A DNA stretch of 64,000 bases from a virus, in the IMG/VR virus record IMGVR_UViG_3300030390_001877, positions 1-64,000 of that record. One strand, 5' to 3'. Within the stretch, counting starts at the first letter, position 1, and the number at the start of each line of letters is the position of its first letter. Positions 16,834 through 26,040 of this stretch are shown piece after piece. The position numbers were made by a program, and so were the translations under genes. Below the pieces are notes generated by a model. That model had not been told where the DNA came from, ran no database searches, and saw only the letters and a list, made by a program, of their open reading frames with translations.

Positions 16834-17586
16834 TTACTCTCCTATAAAAGAATTTAATTTTCTAACAATTTCAATATTTGGACGATAGAATTTATCAATG
16901 TTTCTGATAAGATATTCTGTTGCCCAACCTTTCGTTAACGATGTAATAGTTTTCCGAACACTCCAAGGGTAAGCTTTCATCCAAGACGTTCCGTGAGGAA
17001 TAACCCACCTTTCGAATAGTATTACATGTATTTCTTCCTGAAACATCCTTATCTGTTCAGATTCTTCCATGCTGAAAAACTTCTCCTTGTCAATCAGAAC
17101 ACTTTCCCCTTCACGTAAACACTTTTCATAAACGGGACGTTCTGGAGATGATGCTACCTCATGCAGAAGGTCATGGTCATAAATGTAATCTACGTGGTCA
17201 GTGAAAAACTCTTCTTTCTCTTGCTTCAAGGATAGAAAACTCTTATCACCTAGTTCTTCTTTCCAATACTCAATCAATTTTGCAAACAGTTCTTCTTGGA
17301 TAACACATCCTTTCTTCTTCATAAACAATACATCTAAATAATGTTTATTCCACATAGGGTTATCCCATCCTAAATGAGAACACTTTATGGTGAATAAGCT
17401 ATCAGGAAGGGCATACCCTTCGGAATCAACCTCTACTAAATCAATTACGTACCGAGGTATAATTTTCAAATCAAGTCCTTTCCTCAAATGGATTTCCTCA
17501 TCACACCACATATCCAAGTCAGAAGGGGTTCTTCTGGAAAGGGAATACTTTTGTGCTGCAGTACTTCCGATGATTATTTGTTTCAC
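16834..17586 (-). CDS. putative nucleotidyltransferase (Pol beta-like fold)
   Basis: IIIGSTA...RTPSDLD = GS + DxD motif; GTG start with AGGAGG. Confidence 0.6.
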   Translation of the reverse strand: MKQIIIGSTAAQKYSLSRRTPSDLDMWCDEEIHLRKGLDLKIIPRYVIDLVEVDSEGYALPDSLFTIKCSHLGWDNPMWNKHYLDVLFMKKKGCVIQEELFAKLIEYWKEELGDKSFLSLKQEKEEFFTDHVDYIYDHDLLHEVASSPERPVYEKCLREGESVLIDKEKFFSMEESEQIRMFQEEIHVILFERWVIPHGTSWMKAYPWSVRKTITSLTKGWATEYLIRNIDKFYRPNIEIVRKLNSFIGE

Positions 17587-17661
17587 AGGGTGTCCTCCTA
17601 ATAACCTATATCCTCTGTTAATAGAATAATTTTCTACCTTATAATTATTCTCCTTATTTAA

Positions 17662-18165
17662 CTACCAAGCAAAATTACCCACATCTAAGTACACTTGGGA
17701 ATGTCTACGCAATACATTATCCCCGCTAGGGTTAGCTGGTAGAATGTCTTTATGTGTAGCACGAATAAAACCTCGCCATTGGAAACTCTCTGAACGCGTC
17801 CCTCTATGTTCATCTGCTTGTGTAAAACGTTTCCAAGTTTCGGGTTCAATAGTTGAGATAACACCATCCTTGCGGAATTCTGTCAAGGGTAATCCACTTA
17901 ACCACAAATACATAGGTAGATCTAATCTAACCAAACCCCAATCCTGAACATTGTTTACACGAGGTACATTATCATAATGCCAATTAGGTATACAGGGCCA
18001 TTGAGATGGCATTAACATATGCACCTTCACATCCCAAGTAAAATCTTCCATATTTTCTGGAAAGGATTCAAACACTAATTGATAAACATCTGGCATGTAC
18101 TTCTTCAAATCTTCATCAGATGCTCGGTGAACACCATTATGCTGTTTTGTCCAATCAATACTCAT
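17662..18165 (-). CDS. putative 2-oxoglutarate/Fe(II) dioxygenase
   Basis: DVKVHMLMP..WPCIPNWHYD (HxD), distal EHRG His and a downstream Arg. Confidence 0.65.
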   Translation of the reverse strand: MSIDWTKQHNGVHRASDEDLKKYMPDVYQLVFESFPENMEDFTWDVKVHMLMPSQWPCIPNWHYDNVPRVNNVQDWGLVRLDLPMYLWLSGLPLTEFRKDGVISTIEPETWKRFTQADEHRGTRSESFQWRGFIRATHKDILPANPSGDNVLRRHSQVYLDVGNFAW

Positions 18166-18188
18166 GATTATTCTCCTATAATAATGAT

Positions 18189-18647
18189 TTAAAACAAACT
18201 CTCAACAGCAGACTTCTCTTTCTGGAAGCGTTCTTTCTCCTCAGAAATCTTATTCTCATATTGTTTTATACGGAAATCATAATGTCTTTTCAAAGACTCT
18301 CTTAAAACTCGGATAAACTCTTCGTAAGCTTCATCCCATTTACCCGATTCATAATTCCAAGAGTTAAAACCGTACTGAGATTCATTATACCAATAAGTTC
18401 TATCTGCAAACTTATAAAATTCCCCGTCAGGTAGTTTTATAAAGCTGTTAACACTCACTCCAGTATCATGACAATTTATGCTGAAAAGGAACCTATCATT
18501 CTCAATATTACCTCCTTTAGAGTGGTATTTTGTATTAGCATAGTAATGTTCTTTCAAAAGGAAACCTAACCTTAAGGAAGCCACTTTATCTTTTAAGCGT
18601 TGACATCTTTCAATGTCTTCTTCTAAACGTTTTATCACTGTATTCAT
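18189..18647 (-). CDS. hypothetical protein
   Basis: ORF track, coupled. Confidence 0.75.
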   Translation of the reverse strand: MNTVIKRLEEDIERCQRLKDKVASLRLGFLLKEHYYANTKYHSKGGNIENDRFLFSINCHDTGVSVNSFIKLPDGEFYKFADRTYWYNESQYGFNSWNYESGKWDEAYEEFIRVLRESLKRHYDFRIKQYENKISEEKERFQKEKSAVESLF

Positions 18648-19255
18648 AATTTGTACTCTCCAACATCTAATTCTGTTTCAGTTGCCCAATGAATGATAAT
18701 AAACTGTTCCAAGAAATCTTCATCTGTATAATCAGATAATACTCCTGCAATATCTTCTTTCCTTTCAGGATGTTCTTCTAAGTATCGTTCCGCAGAGTTC
18801 TTACTATACCGAATAGCAGCCTTCTCAGAGACAACCACTTCATAATCACCATCCTCTCTGTGTTCAACGTAACTATAATTTTTCATAAAAACTTCTCCCT
18901 CAAACATCCACTTATGCACAACACAACCTTTATCATAAACAAACCCCCCAGTACCAACCCTTTCACGATTATCCACCTTCGGACAAGAACAATCTTTGAA
19001 ACCAAACCTATACGTCTGATAATTCTTATCGTAAGAGAATCCCCACAAGAGTTGTAACGTTGTTTCTAAAGATTCTACGCATTCTACCGCATCTTTATAC
19101 GTTTCACAATAGTAAAGAGGACGGCTATGAATAATATGAATCTTGTCCATAATAGTTTGTATTGCTGTAATTGTACTCTCTGATAAATCTCTCTGTCTTG
19201 CAAGAGAAAGGTTTATCTGTGGAGATGAGTTTTCTTTCAGGGTGTATTCTTTCAT
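18644..19255 (-). CDS. hypothetical protein, possible two-gene fusion (CxC-P-x-DN...C-x-x-H domain)
   Basis: internal GGAG + ATG at 18886 in frame. Confidence 0.7.
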   Translation of the reverse strand: MKEYTLKENSSPQINLSLARQRDLSESTITAIQTIMDKIHIIHSRPLYYCETYKDAVECVESLETTLQLLWGFSYDKNYQTYRFGFKDCSCPKVDNRERVGTGGFVYDKGCVVHKWMFEGEVFMKNYSYVEHREDGDYEVVVSEKAAIRYSKNSAERYLEEHPERKEDIAGVLSDYTDEDFLEQFIIIHWATETELDVGEYKL

Positions 19256-19258
19256 CCA

Positions 19259-19510
19259 TCACTCTCCTTGAGGAGGGATTGATAGATAAACAAAGCTCCC
19301 TTGATAATCAGAATATGTTTTCACAAGGAATCCTCTTACTTTCAAAAGTTCCTCTGTTTCAGAAAGACTTACACCTTCTGGGATAGAGAACCCTTGTTTG
19401 TTATGGGTAAACTTTGGGAAAACTTCCTTCTCCAACCAAGTATCAATGATAGTGTTTTTATCACTCTGTTTAAGTTTTAATAAGTTTTCCAAATCTTTAG
19501 CTGTTTTCAT
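19259..19510 (-). CDS. hypothetical protein
   Basis: start re-called at ATG 19510 after GGGG. Confidence 0.7.
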   Translation of the reverse strand: MKTAKDLENLLKLKQSDKNTIIDTWLEKEVFPKFTHNKQGFSIPEGVSLSETEELLKVRGFLVKTYSDYQGSFVYLSIPPQGE

Positions 19511-19511
19511 A

Positions 19512-20012
19512 TTATTCCCCTTTAAACTGACTACTATTTTCACAAAAGTCATACACTAACACAAAATCCTTATAATCACAATCATTGTGATCATAGTATA
19601 CATCCCCAAAAGATTCTAATGCAATAGCAACTTGATTCATAATAGAATGATTTTTACCCCAGTGTCCTATAGAGAAGATTATTTTATCTCCTTCAAAGGT
19701 ATCTTCGTAATCACAAGAACAGTTTGGGAGGATATTTAAAACACGTTTAGGATCATCACCACACCCAAAAATAATCTCTACGCAGTCCATATTATAAGCC
19801 TGTAATTTAACTCCGTTCGTGAATAATTCTGCTTGTGCTTTATAATCTTCTCCCCAAAGAAACTCTGCACGACTATTAGCCTCTGTGTTATTCTGCCAAT
19901 AACCGTCAAGTTCTTTTCTCACCCAAACATTTAGTTGTTTCACAACAGCATTAACAACATCTACAAATTTATCTTTCCCACATGTAACAAACATTTTCGA
20001 ATCTACTGACAT
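19512..20012 (-). CDS. hypothetical protein
   Basis: AGGAG RBS. Confidence 0.8.
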   Translation of the reverse strand: MSVDSKMFVTCGKDKFVDVVNAVVKQLNVWVRKELDGYWQNNTEANSRAEFLWGEDYKAQAELFTNGVKLQAYNMDCVEIIFGCGDDPKRVLNILPNCSCDYEDTFEGDKIIFSIGHWGKNHSIMNQVAIALESFGDVYYDHNDCDYKDFVLVYDFCENSSQFKGE

Positions 20013-20021
20013 ATTATTCTC

Positions 20022-20312
20022 CTATTTGTAAAACGGACTTAAATACCTATCAACAACAATACTCTCTCTCAAAATAAAAATAATCTTCTTCAACTGACTA
20101 TGCTTTTTGACAATATTACCTTCTTCATCTAACCAAGTCAAACCTTCATAAGAAGACATGTGTTGTTTAAAGTTGTGTTTATTCAAATCTTCACATGTAA
20201 AACGAAAATCTCTTTTCCAATTGAATAACTTTGATAACAGGTTGTCTTCTAAAGTATAATTAACTTCGAAAACACCATTTTCATTTGATGTACAGTAACC
20301 GTAAGACTTCAT
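20022..20312 (-). CDS. hypothetical protein
   Basis: GAGGAGG RBS. Confidence 0.75.
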   Translation of the reverse strand: MKSYGYCTSNENGVFEVNYTLEDNLLSKLFNWKRDFRFTCEDLNKHNFKQHMSSYEGLTWLDEEGNIVKKHSQLKKIIFILRESIVVDRYLSPFYK

Positions 20313-20372
20313 AATAACCTCCTCGTAAAATTAATACTCTTATAAACAGAAACACCCTCCAAGAGATGTTCT

Positions 20373-20418
20373 CTGTTTCGATAGAGTTAATCTTACTGGA
20401 GGGTTGTTTGTTTGTCAA
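20373..20418 (-). promoter_or_regulatory. promoter with TATCGAAACAG start element
   Basis: TTGACA-17-TAAGAT-N6-TATCGAAACAG. Confidence 0.8.
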
Positions 20419-20460
20419 GAGGGAAAATTGAATAAATCAAGTTGTTTTGTGGGAAATTAA

Positions 20461-20649
20461 TTATTCTTTTACCCAATTAGATAATCTCTGGGTGAATTTT
20501 GTTAAAGTGTTGTTTAATTTACCCTCAATACTTTCTGAAAGCCATCTTACTACTGTAAAAGGTGTTACTAAAAGTACACTCACTATAGCAACTACTAACC
20601 AGATATAAAACTTCCAATTTAAAACAGGTTTAAGATTTAGATTTGGCAT
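20461..20649 (-). CDS. small membrane protein
   Basis: one hydrophobic helix. Confidence 0.65.
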   Translation of the reverse strand: MPNLNLKPVLNWKFYIWLVVAIVSVLLVTPFTVVRWLSESIEGKLNNTLTKFTQRLSNWVKE

Positions 20650-21013
20650 CTACTCTCCCCTCAAAGAATTTGAATTGACAAGGTGTTATTAAATTGTATA
20701 TTCCCTCTTTACAACTTAACCCTCCTTGTTTGTTTATATACCCTTCAAAGGTGTCTTCTTCAGTTAGACAACTATATAGCAGATGGCCTCCAGATTGGCA
20801 CGACTTAATGTAACCTTCTCTGTCTATGAGCTTAAACACTCTTAATAAAGGTCTTTTAAAACGTAACTCTTTTGGTCGAGGAGGTATCCCCTCTTTACGT
20901 AAATACTCCCCGATAGAATTATATCTTGGAGTAGATAGACAATTCCACAAGGCTGCGCTTATTAGGATTAAAGCTGTTAACCCAAGTGCTGTGTATAAGA
21001 TTATGTAACCCAT
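20630..21013 (-). CDS. membrane-anchored hypothetical protein
   Basis: N-terminal hydrophobic helix. Confidence 0.7.
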   Translation of the reverse strand: MGYIILYTALGLTALILISAALWNCLSTPRYNSIGEYLRKEGIPPRPKELRFKRPLLRVFKLIDREGYIKSCQSGGHLLYSCLTEEDTFEGYINKQGGLSCKEGIYNLITPCQFKFFEGRVDAKSKS

Positions 21014-21273
21014 TATTCAAGCTCCGTTGAAAGATCCCACATTACTTGAATAAGGTCAGGTTCTTCATGATAATCTCTGAACCACTTCAAAACACAACCA
21101 GAAGAGTTAACTGTTTCTGATGCGCCTTTTATCAAAGATGTTATCTTATCCTCGGGAATATTTAAGTCACTCTCCAAATCTTTAATTTTATAAGATAACA
21201 ATTCTTCTTCTAAAGCTTCCACTTTACCTTGTAGTTTATCTATTAAGTAATCTCTGTAATCTTCTTTTATCAT
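21013..21273 (-). CDS. hypothetical protein
   Basis: GGAG RBS. Confidence 0.7.
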   Translation of the reverse strand: MIKEDYRDYLIDKLQGKVEALEEELLSYKIKDLESDLNIPEDKITSLIKGASETVNSSGCVLKWFRDYHEEPDLIQVMWDLSTELE

Positions 21274-21313
21274 TGTAGTATCTCCCGAAATAATACCCTA
21301 AATTGTTGAGTTG

Positions 21314-21342
21314 ATATTACTTTATTAAATATCTTCTGTCAA
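21314..21342 (-). promoter_or_regulatory. sigma70-type promoter
   Basis: TTGACA-17-TAATAT. Confidence 0.75.
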
Positions 21343-21345
21343 CTA

Positions 21346-21543
21346 TTATTTTAAAGTTTCGTATGTATATTCTCCTAAGTCAATACGCAATTTTAAGAAA
21401 GCTATATAATCTTCCAGAGAATACCTTTCTTGTACAGGGAGTTTATATTCTAAATAGGTGGTGTTACCTTTTACAAGTTGTTCTATTCCAAAATGTGTAT
21501 CGTTTACGAAAAGTGTAAACCCTTTGTATGTTTGTTTATACAT
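21346..21543 (-). CDS. hypothetical protein
   Basis: AAGGA RBS. Confidence 0.65.
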   Translation of the reverse strand: MYKQTYKGFTLFVNDTHFGIEQLVKGNTTYLEYKLPVQERYSLEDYIAFLKLRIDLGEYTYETLK

Positions 21544-21544
21544 G

Positions 21545-22834
21545 TTAAGATTCCTTTACAATATGGCAGTTGTCACTAAAACCTAAAACATGTTCGTAAG
21601 CCTTGTGCATAGTGTCTTTTAATTCTTGTTCTTTCTCAATAGTACATCTGAAATCGTCGTGTACTTGTACTACAAGAGTTTTATGGTTCTGTATCATACT
21701 GTCTAAAACAAAGTCATTTATTTCAGCCCCAACGTTCTGTACACAATATCCTCTGTGGCTACTAAAGAACACTTCTCCAATCATATGGTGGTAGTCTAAC
21801 ATAATATCGATAACTTCTGCAGTTGGTATCATCTTAGAGGGGATTTTACCTTGTTTATGAAGTTTCTCAAGGTCCATATTTTCACTTATCCACATACTAA
21901 GTGCTCTTTTTGCCTGTGTTATATTATCACAGTTCAAGCATATAATAAAAATAGCTTTTGCTAGTTTCCTTGCTGTCTCAGGTTCATATCCATTCTCGTG
22001 TAGTACATCTAGTGTGTAAGGGTCTCCTTCCATGATTTCTTGTTTAATTGAATAGGCTATAGAAGGTTCAAAACCTTTATAATCATAGCAACAGGTAGAA
22101 TCACCACCTATGATCACCTCATCACGTTTCTCTCCACTTAATCTTTGATACTCACTCACCATTACTGATCTCCCACCATGATTGAAATCTTTGTTGAATA
22201 CTTTATATATCTGGGCATCCAACCGTGTATCTCTAAACAACACTTCTACTCCAAGACTAAACTTATTGTATCTTTTAGCATGAGCTATAGCTCTTTTGGC
22301 ATACTCATTTATTCTGTAAGTCTTTTCCTTTTTATTTTCATCCCTCAATTTAACTACATCATCTAATAAGTCAAAAGTTTCTGGTCTAACGACGTGCTTA
22401 TCGTACATTTCTTTTAGTTTATCATTAACCTTGAAATAACTTCTAGAGAATACTGTTGCAACCCATTCTTTACCAATGAATCCATAGTCCTCAACTTCTC
22501 CTCCTATAGTGAGGTCACCATAATCTTTCTGATGGAGGAATTGAAACAAAGACCTTGTGTAAGTATAACTTACTTTCCTTTTCGTGTCTCTCCCGTTAAC
22601 TATAATTTTCTTAGAATAGTTTGACTCATCCAACGTTATACCGAAAGTATCTTTTCTTGCTATAACACTTTTATTAAGATTCAGAACAAAACATCCGACT
22701 GCATTCTTTATTAACTTTCTTCTATTAACTGTTAAATTTACAAAATTACCCTTTAAATATTCTTCAAAATCTTCAATCAAAACCTCTCTTAGTTTGAATA
22801 AATATTTAGGTATTTTATGGTCTATTTTGTACAT
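21545..22834 (-). CDS. minimal family-A-superfamily polymerase (palm domain, no exonuclease)
   Basis: FN..FNHGGR pre-motif, motif A YDYKGFEP, motif B R..AK.IFIICLN, motif C VQVHDDF. Confidence 0.65.
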   Translation of the reverse strand: MYKIDHKIPKYLFKLREVLIEDFEEYLKGNFVNLTVNRRKLIKNAVGCFVLNLNKSVIARKDTFGITLDESNYSKKIIVNGRDTKRKVSYTYTRSLFQFLHQKDYGDLTIGGEVEDYGFIGKEWVATVFSRSYFKVNDKLKEMYDKHVVRPETFDLLDDVVKLRDENKKEKTYRINEYAKRAIAHAKRYNKFSLGVEVLFRDTRLDAQIYKVFNKDFNHGGRSVMVSEYQRLSGEKRDEVIIGGDSTCCYDYKGFEPSIAYSIKQEIMEGDPYTLDVLHENGYEPETARKLAKAIFIICLNCDNITQAKRALSMWISENMDLEKLHKQGKIPSKMIPTAEVIDIMLDYHHMIGEVFFSSHRGYCVQNVGAEINDFVLDSMIQNHKTLVVQVHDDFRCTIEKEQELKDTMHKAYEHVLGFSDNCHIVKES

Positions 22835-22966
22835 CTGAAATACCCCCTGAACACAAATACTTTACTATATATTATTTATTATTATCAAACACTTACTACT
22901 TTGTAACCCCTGTTTTGTCTTTTATAGTAGGAACTACTACCGCTATAACGCGGAATACAACCTTCT

Positions 22967-23140
22967 CTAACCCCTCTCAAAGAACATAACATCTTCTAAC
23001 AATCCTACCTTATCTTCTCCAGCATTCTTTGTAATAAATACCTCACCATTATAGTAAGCTACCCACTCTAAATCATTATCTAAATCTAAGTAAAGAGTAT
23101 CACCTCTCATATCAATCTTGTGTGTATAGTTAATTATCAT
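22967..23140 (-). CDS. hypothetical protein (57 aa, not in track)
   Basis: GGAGGTG RBS; MIINYTHKIDMRG... Confidence 0.6.
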   Translation of the reverse strand: MIINYTHKIDMRGDTLYLDLDNDLEWVAYYNGEVFITKNAGEDKVGLLEDVMFFERG

Positions 23141-23221
23141 ATCACCTCCAATAAAACTTTATTATAGCAGTTAAACTCTTGTACAGGAAGCCTTCTGAAC
23201 GGCTATAAATAAACCTGCTTG

Positions 23222-23515
23222 TCAACTCCTTATATTATACAAAGAATCCTTCCTAATAGTATTGCAAATAAGAATCCACTCCTTTTCAAGTTTTATAGCC
23301 TCCTCTTTAGAAAGGTTATCCTCCACAGCCCACACTTGAATATGTTTACCTTCGAAAAGGTCTCTATTAAGTTGCACACAAGAACTCTTCCCGCTTAAAG
23401 GGTGTTTATATCTAGCACCAACACCCCTCCCGATATAACGATTTACTCCATCAACTTTCACAGCATAGACGTAGTTACCTTCAAAAGAACCCCAGAAGTT
23501 TCTATTAAACAACAT
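23222..23515 (-). CDS. stand-alone GIY-YIG-like nuclease domain
   Basis: YVY...RYIGRG..R and EEAIKLE. Confidence 0.6.
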   Translation of the reverse strand: MLFNRNFWGSFEGNYVYAVKVDGVNRYIGRGVGARYKHPLSGKSSCVQLNRDLFEGKHIQVWAVEDNLSKEEAIKLEKEWILICNTIRKDSLYNIRS

Positions 23516-23969
23516 AACACCTCCTTACACCACCACCTCTCATCTCAACACTCCCATCCTCAAAGCAATCCAGATACATCTCTCCAAGAAGATTACCACA
23601 TCCACAGAATAACTCTTCTCCCATGTTATAGTTGCAGCAACCATGCCCCGTTTTAAAAAGAGGAATAACACCTTCTAGAAAGCTCCTCTCACCAACTACA
23701 AGACGTTTCTCAGAGGATTTTACTACTTGGAAGTAACCTTCTATCCCATGAACCTCAAAGTCTCTGTTATACGCTGGAGAAGCCTTCTTAATATAGAACA
23801 CTCCTTTCTTCATACGAAAATCACTTTGACTATAAGATATTCCGTGATCAGAGGTATGTATCTTAGAAAGACTTCCTTTTGTGAGATAGCCATGTTTATC
23901 GAAAGATACCTTTTGGTAATATAAATCCTGTGTTAAGAGGGTGCTACATTTTGAACATTTTAGTTTCAT
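23505..23969 (-). CDS. putative Zn-binding protein
   Basis: CSKC at N-term; GCC...FCGCG...LDC at C-term. Confidence 0.7.
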   Translation of the reverse strand: MKLKCSKCSTLLTQDLYYQKVSFDKHGYLTKGSLSKIHTSDHGISYSQSDFRMKKGVFYIKKASPAYNRDFEVHGIEGYFQVVKSSEKRLVVGERSFLEGVIPLFKTGHGCCNYNMGEELFCGCGNLLGEMYLDCFEDGSVEMRGGGVRRCYVV

Positions 23970-24187
23970 AACCCAAACACTCTCATCAACTCAGAACCTA
24001 ACACATACCCGAAAGCTACAAGACTCCCTCCAAACCAAAAACCTTGCCACAGAACAAAGCAATCAAAGCCTCGAAAAGGTTTACCCTTAGAGTATAAATA
24101 TTTACCAACCCAAGGTGTGTCACTGAAGAGAAGTGTCAATCCTACAAAAGGACACCACATCAGTAAATGTTCTAATAATTTATTCAT
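23966..24187 (-). CDS. small membrane protein
   Basis: two hydrophobic segments. Confidence 0.65.
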   Translation of the reverse strand: MNKLLEHLLMWCPFVGLTLLFSDTPWVGKYLYSKGKPFRGFDCFVLWQGFWFGGSLVAFGYVLGSELMRVFGL

Positions 24188-24914
24188 AATCTACCCAACC
24201 CTCACTCAATAACATACGTTCATACCAAGAAAACTTTCTTCCTTTAATAGCTTCGTACATATTACAATAAGGATTAACTTCTAACGGATTATTAATCACT
24301 TTCACAAAAGAATGATAATCTCCAATAGAAGCTTTCGTCATCAACTGTTTATTTTTATCAAGAGGTTTCCAATTAATAAGATGATAATCCCAACTCTTAA
24401 ATGCATAATTAATATTACCATCTTCATCTCTCTCCAAAACACCATTTACATACACAGGGTTACGATATGCACAAGAGAAAGGATTTGCAGAGAAGACCAT
24501 TTGTTTATAACGATCCACCCTGTCCATAATATAATATGCTGTACCACCCTCTTTATGAAGAGCGTCAACGTTATCAATAAACACCCTATCAACATTAGGC
24601 TTCATTTCTAATATGAAAGGAAGTTTTTCCCTGTAAACAAACAATACACTTGATAATCCATTACCCCAAGTGATCTTCTCTCCAGAAAAGTCCCTATTCA
24701 TAGTATATTCTATATCTAAGTCTTTTAATACCGCCCTAAACCTACTACTCATGTTAGAAGGAGAATCCAATCCTCCACAAAATAAGGAATGACCTCCTTC
24801 AGTGATAGCTTTTAAGTATAAACTTGTTGTAGCTCCTTTGGCACGACCTTCTGCAACAATAACCACTTTATCTTTAGCTTGTAATAATTGGTGTTGTGGT
24901 TTTAGTAAATTCAT
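24180..24914 (-). CDS. terminase-large-subunit-like ATPase domain, degenerate
   Basis: PQHQLL Q-motif, atypical Walker A EGRAKGATT, Walker B VFIDN, coupling motif SANP; no nuclease domain. Confidence 0.45.
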   Translation of the reverse strand: MNLLKPQHQLLQAKDKVVIVAEGRAKGATTSLYLKAITEGGHSLFCGGLDSPSNMSSRFRAVLKDLDIEYTMNRDFSGEKITWGNGLSSVLFVYREKLPFILEMKPNVDRVFIDNVDALHKEGGTAYYIMDRVDRYKQMVFSANPFSCAYRNPVYVNGVLERDEDGNINYAFKSWDYHLINWKPLDKNKQLMTKASIGDYHSFVKVINNPLEVNPYCNMYEAIKGRKFSWYERMLLSEGWVDYE

Positions 24915-24917
24915 AAA

Positions 24918-25163
24918 CTACTCCCACAATCCCGAATGTTTCTCTTCCTCTAACCACTGTTCCATTAATACCTTCATCTTCCCTCCTGTAAAAGGTAACA
25001 CTAATATTACTCTACTTCTACACTCAGAAACTAAGTTTTGTCTTGTTCTGATATGGCTGCTCCAATTCCATTCAATAGGTTGTAATAACCTGTGAGCAAC
25101 TACCCAATGCGCAGGCCAATCTTTATTAGGGATTGATTCTTGAAATCTTTTAAGTTCATTCAT
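24918..25163 (-). CDS. hypothetical protein
   Basis: GGAGG RBS. Confidence 0.7.
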   Translation of the reverse strand: MNELKRFQESIPNKDWPAHWVVAHRLLQPIEWNWSSHIRTRQNLVSECRSRVILVLPFTGGKMKVLMEQWLEEEKHSGLWE

Positions 25164-25522
25164 AACCTTCCTCCATATAATTCCCCAAACACCTTCAAAT
25201 CCTCCACCATCTCCTTATAACCCTCATCCTGCAAACGTTTCACTTCCTCAGGGTTTGGTGTCAGGATAGTATTATTCGCTAAGTTTTTATTCTCTTGGAA
25301 TCTCATCCCTCCTAAAGAAAGAAATTTCTCACCAGCAATACTTACGAATCCAGAGTAATCCATCCTCATAAGCTTATTGAAAACATCTTCTGACACGTAG
25401 ATAGTCGTTTCGTAAGATGATTCCTCTTGAGGAGGTTGTCCTGTTAGTAGAGTATCACTTTTTGACATAATAACTGAATCCTTCTTCACAAGTGTCGTCA
25501 TCTTCAAACCAAACCCAATCAT
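25160..25522 (-). CDS. hypothetical protein
   Basis: true start probably internal (MSKSD). Confidence 0.6.
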   Translation of the reverse strand: MIGFGLKMTTLVKKDSVIMSKSDTLLTGQPPQEESSYETTIYVSEDVFNKLMRMDYSGFVSIAGEKFLSLGGMRFQENKNLANNTILTPNPEEVKRLQDEGYKEMVEDLKVFGELYGGRL

Positions 25523-26027
25523 GATTTAATTCCATAAACGCATCCCCTCCTATTTCCCAGTACTCATAATCTTCTAACTGAGTTACGGTTTTTACCACTG
25601 TCGTACCTTCCTTTTCATCTTTACAGATAATAGGTTGTCCTTTCTGCAACAACCCCTTCCAATTCTCCAGAGTAATACGCTCACCACACTCCTCTGCCTC
25701 TACAAACGAATTCTCAGAAGCTTTCTTCTCCTCAGAGGGTGATTGTGTACCTAGAAGGTTATCGTCTGTCAGAGAGCTTTTGTGAGAGGATTCCTCTTTC
25801 TCGGAAGTTCCTTTCTGTAAAAGGTTCTCATGCAGTTGAAAAGTGATTCCGTTTCTGATGCACGTATCCAAAAACTCTGCCATAGAAATTTCATCTGCTT
25901 TTAGAAGGATACTTCTAGCATCAGCTCCAACTTGTGTCAAAAGAGATTCTAGTTTAGAGATTTCTGTCTCCTCTAGGGAAGGTGTTTTCTTGTACATATT
26001 ATTAATTGTTTGCATTACTGTATTCAT
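25455..26027 (-). CDS. hypothetical protein
   Basis: GAGGAG RBS. Confidence 0.75.
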   Translation of the reverse strand: MNTVMQTINNMYKKTPSLEETEISKLESLLTQVGADARSILLKADEISMAEFLDTCIRNGITFQLHENLLQKGTSEKEESSHKSSLTDDNLLGTQSPSEEKKASENSFVEAEECGERITLENWKGLLQKGQPIICKDEKEGTTVVKTVTQLEDYEYWEIGGDAFMELNHDWVWFEDDDTCEEGFSYYVKK

Positions 26028-26040
26028 TTAAAGTCTCCTC

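Noticed and set aside
17590-17660. Strong RBS (AAGGAG-AATAATT) followed by ATA rather than ATG
   Set aside because: The frame stops after two codons. It may be a deleted-gene scar, but it is too short to support.
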